DNA of 64,000 bases, taken from Camelus dromedarius (Eukaryota). Of the stretch, positions 60,290-64,000 are shown in pieces (position 1 is the first letter of the stretch; every line of letters begins with the position of its first letter). Under the pieces are notes generated by a model. That model searched no databases. It was not told the origin of the DNA and worked only from the letters and a program-made list of their open reading frames with translations. The position numbers were made by a program, and so were the translations under genes. The DNA is taken from the NCBI RefSeq assembly GCF_036321535.1, contig NC_087472.1:97652001-97716000 (forward strand), in the 5' to 3' direction.

Positions 60290-62050
60290 ATGATAGAAAT
60301 TAAAAACACTCTAACAGAAATAAAGAATACCTTTGATGGATTCATTAGCAGTGTGGGCACAGCTGAGAAAAGAATCTGTAAACTTGAGGACATGTGAATA
60401 GAAACTTCCAAAACTGAAAAACAAAGAGAAAAAAAAGATGGAAAATATGGAACATAATATCCAAACAACTGTGGGGCAATTTCAAAAATTGTAATATATA
60501 CATAATGGGAGTACTAGAAGGAGAAGAAAGAGGGAAAGGAACAGAAGAAATATTTCAAACAATAGTGATTTACTTATAGAGAAAAAAGATAATTACATGT
60601 GACTTCTCCTCAGTAACCATGCAATAAGAAGAGAGTGGAGTGACATATTTATTGTGTTGACTTAAAAAAAATCCAACCTAGTATTCTGTACCCTGTGAAA
60701 TTATTGTTCAGAAGTGAGGGAGAAATAAAGACTTTCTCAGACAAAGATTGACGGAATTGTTCAAGTGAATCTGCCTTGTGTGAAGCATTTTTAAAAGTTC
60801 TTCCGAGAAAAGAGAAATGACATAGCTTGGATCTGCGTAAAAAAGGAAGAGCACCAGAGTAGGAATCAGTGGTAAATCAGTAGGAATCAGAAGGTAAAAA
60901 ATGTTTTAAGTTTTCTTATTCTTAATTAACCTAACAGATAATAGTTTGTTCAAAAAAGCAACAATATATTTAATGGTTATGCTTTATGGATAAGTAAAAT
61001 GAATGGCAGTAATGATACAAGACAGAAGGGAGGAATTAGGTATACTTTGTTATTGTAAGGTTCTTGCACCATGAAGTGGTATAGTGTAATTGGAAAGTGG
61101 ATTTAGATTAGTTGTAAATGTATACTGAAAGCTCTAGAGCAACCAGAAAATACGTTTAAAAAAATATATAGTTGATATGTTAAGAAAGGAGAGAAAATGG
61201 AATTATATAAAATGCTCAATCAAAATACAAAAGGCAGGAAAAAAGTTGAAGACAAAAATAAGAACAAAGATCAAGGACCAAGAAACAGAAAACAGTAAAA
61301 AAAAAAAAAAGTATGATAGATATTAATCCAGTATATCATTTTAAACAGCAATGGTCTAAATACACCAATTAAAAAACAGATTTTCTGAGTAGATTTTCAA
61401 AAGACAAGACTCAACTGTGTGTTGTCTACAAAACTCACTTTATTTTTTTTCATTTTCAGTTTTATTAGGTAGAATTGTTACAATTTGACTGCACATATAT
61501 GCTGTATTGCGTGTAAGTACATATACACAATATACTGCACATTTTTTAAAATTTACATATGTGTACTGTTCATTGCAAAACCCACTTTAAATATAAAGAC
61601 ATGTATAGATTAAAAGTAAAGGGATGGAGAAAGATAACATCATGCTAACAGTAATCAAAAGAAAGCTGGAGTAGCTATATTGATTTCAAATAGCAACTTC
61701 AACACAAGGAAAATTATCAGGGATAAAGAAAGGTATTATATATGATAAAGGGATCAATTCTCCAAGAAGACATAACAATCCTTAATCTGCATGCATCTAA
61801 CAAAAGAACATCACTATACATAAGGCAAAAACTGATTGAACGGCAAGGAAAAATAGATGAGTCCTCTCTTATAGCTGGAGACTTCAACATCCTTCTAACA
61901 GTAATGAGCAGATCTGGCAAGCAGAAGCTCTATAAGGACAGAGTTGAACTCAACACTGTCAGTCAACTGGATCTAATTGACATATATAGAAAATTTCATA
62001 CATTGGCAGCAGAATATACCTTCTTTTCAATCTCAAATGAAACGTTCCTC
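60290..62050 (+). mobile_element. Old L1 (L1M) fragment: ORF1 remnant, intergenic spacer and ORF2 endonuclease domain
   Basis: ORF 61742.. MIKGSILQEDITILNLHASNKRTSLYIRQKLIERQGKIDESSLIAGDFNILL...LDLIDIYRKFH..AAEYTFFS is the L1 APE endonuclease; ORF1-like 'gaagtgagggagaaataaagactttctcagacaaa'. Confidence 0.92.
61443..61575 (-). mobile_element. 133-bp retrotransposed insert with AATAAA and poly(A), flanked by a TSD
   Basis: TSD caaaactcacttta (61429-61442) / caaaacccacttta (61576-61589); minus strand ends ...ctacctAATAAAactgaaaatgaaaaaaaa. Confidence 0.75.
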
Positions 62051-63022
62051 CTTTCACACTGCTGTCCAGGTGAACACAACCATATCTTTTATCAGCTAAA
62101 AATGCGTATTTTATTAAATGTCTGCATCTGTATTTTAATCATGGAGCACAATCCATAGTGTTTTGGTTTCTGCTATAGTTCTAAAATCAAAACAAGCTCT
62201 CTAAAATAAGACTTCCTTAATTCCCCCCAAATTATAAGGTTAATTATAGTTTTAATGTCACTTCCTTCATTCCTTCAGTCAGCTATTAATGCTGTCTTTC
62301 TTTATTCCTTCATTCAGCTATTCAAAAACTGCTTTTAGCATCTACTTTATGGCTTATATTTTGCACAGCCTTCAATTAATTCTCTCACTGCCATTTTATT
62401 TTCCTTAGTCTGCCACCCAAGGAGAATAACTCCTGATAACCTCTAGGAAAGGGGAGAATCTTGTGCCTCATCCACTCCCATCTGTATATCTGATTTGTTT
62501 TTCTATCCATACCAACTTATCTTTGCATAGCATATTAAGGTTATATGAATATATTTATTTTCTGCAGTGTGGCAGAACGTGGTGAAGTAAAAATGAATGT
62601 AGGACAAAATCACTATTGCTGATTCTGAGAGGAAATATTAAAATACAATTTCCTGGGTGGCTTAAGTATCATAGTTCCTCAAAATAACAAATTTGGGGGG
62701 AAAGTTATCAAAAAGACATAATCCATGCTCTTTAAATCTGTCACATCAGTGAAATGTTGTGAATATACATCTATGGTTCTTTCCCACATTTACAAAATGT
62801 AATTGTAGGTAGATGGTTGCCCTGGGAACTCTAAACCCACTTTTCTGACAGTTGTCACCTTGTTCCCAACCCAAGTTACTCTTTTTAATATAGTCCCAGA
62901 TTTCATTATCAGATATTTATTCTGAGGGGAAGTTAAATCAGAAAAATGTAAGGTTCTCCTATAGATTTTCTTATCCATGTATTTGAAGCCAGAAGATTCT
63001 GCTTTTCCATACAATTGGTCAT

Positions 63023-63025
<3 letters not shown>

Positions 63026-63073
<48 letters not shown>
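63026..63073. repeat. (AT)24 microsatellite
   Basis: Perfect AT run. Confidence 0.98.
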
Positions 63074-63076
<3 letters not shown>

Positions 63077-63799
63077 TGATTAGATTATCTGTGAAATTGA
63101 ATGTTAAACAGGGCTGATGTGACCTTGAATATTGCCCTTTTCCTTTCTTTCTTTTATTCCTTGTGATTTTTCCATATCTCACCCATCGAATTTTATTGTT
63201 CTAATTTCCCAGTATAGGATATGTGTCATAAAGGGTGAGTGAAATAGCTTTAGTGAAAAAAATAAAGGAAATGTCCAGAGTTAAAATAAGTGGAAGCATA
63301 AAGGGCACTAGCAACAAATAACCGCTTGCCATATTGAGACACTGTGGGAGATTCCCAGGATGCCCAGAGATGCTATGAAATTCACACTGCCTGACTTTAT
63401 ACCATTCTCTTAGGATTTACAGCAACTGCCAGAAGCCAACTGGGGTTTTTCTAGGCTATTCTCCACTTCCTCTTCCATATTCTTAATGTTCCCAAAAGTC
63501 ATTGGAAGGGGTTAATGAAAAAGGATGTAGAATATTTTTCCTTTTAAACCTAAAGTGAAATAGTCATGTTTGAGGGACTTTTTAGCTTCTATGTGAAAAT
63601 ACAAAGACCTAAGTAATCCCTAAGGGCCTTTTGTTCCAATGATTATACAAACATTTTTAATTAAAATGTTACAATAGAAAGAATGATAAATTTAGTGAAT
63701 GGAAGGTCATAAAATTGTTCAAGGCATGCAAATCAAAACAAACTAATGTACCAACTATATTGGCAAGAGATGCTTTGGGCTGAAAGAGATGGAAATTTC

Positions 63800-64000
63800 A
63801 CCCAGGAAGATGTACAGAGGTGATAATGTTAGGTAGTGTTGGTGCAGCTGCCACCCAATGTCATTAAGGACCCAGATTCTTTCTCTTTTTGTGTTCCATC
63901 ATCTTGGGTTTGTTGGCCTTTGGTCTTCATGCTTTGACATCCTGATGGCAATGGAGTTTCTACAGTTTCATCGTGAAGTCCATGATCGATACAGGATGAA
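63800..64000 (-). mobile_element. MLT1K/L-like MaLR LTR fragment, runs off window end
   Basis: 'atgtcattaaggacccagattctttctc...ccatcatctt...gttggcctttggtcttcatgct'. Confidence 0.6.

Noticed and set aside
61742..62158. 138-aa ORF with an endonuclease motif (GDFN)
   Set aside because: L1 ORF2 fragment that runs into unrelated flanking sequence; upstream disrupted by an insertion
1..64000. CRISPR arrays, operons, rRNA, prokaryotic systems, CpG island
   Set aside because: No regularly spaced repeats, long ORFs or CpG-rich block; the sequence is CpG-depleted mammalian DNA

Overview
Mammalian, AT-rich, repeat-dense non-coding DNA (intergenic or deep intronic), very probably from a camelid (camel/llama/alpaca). 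The evidence is six copies of a tRNA-Ala-derived SINE matching the camelid Vic-1 family, plus artiodactyl-type L1 3' ends and a Tigger1 deletion derivative. I recognise no protein-coding exon, true RNA gene or CpG island. The ORFs I can interpret are L1 ORF1/ORF2 remnants or reads through microsatellites; the rest look like chance ORFs. Much of the window is explained by SINEs (MIR, Vic-1), LINEs (L1, L2), solo LTRs (MLT1, MLT2, LTR16, LTR33) and DNA transposons (MER45B, MER63A, MER5, MER58A, MER113-like, MER94, Tigger1a, MER44/Tigger7), several of them nested and with target-site duplications (TSDs) still visible. I found no convincing novel biological system. The most interesting items are a motif-dense candidate enhancer/promoter (~20.05-20.21 kb), a good CTCF-like motif (~10.72 kb), a candidate non-coding exon (33.5-33.85 kb), an AT-rich palindrome born in a SINE tail (~42.95 kb) and a 133-bp TSD-flanked retro-insert of uncertain origin (~61.5 kb). 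Repeat family names come from my recollection of consensus sequences, not from a database search, and the boundaries of old repeats are approximate.
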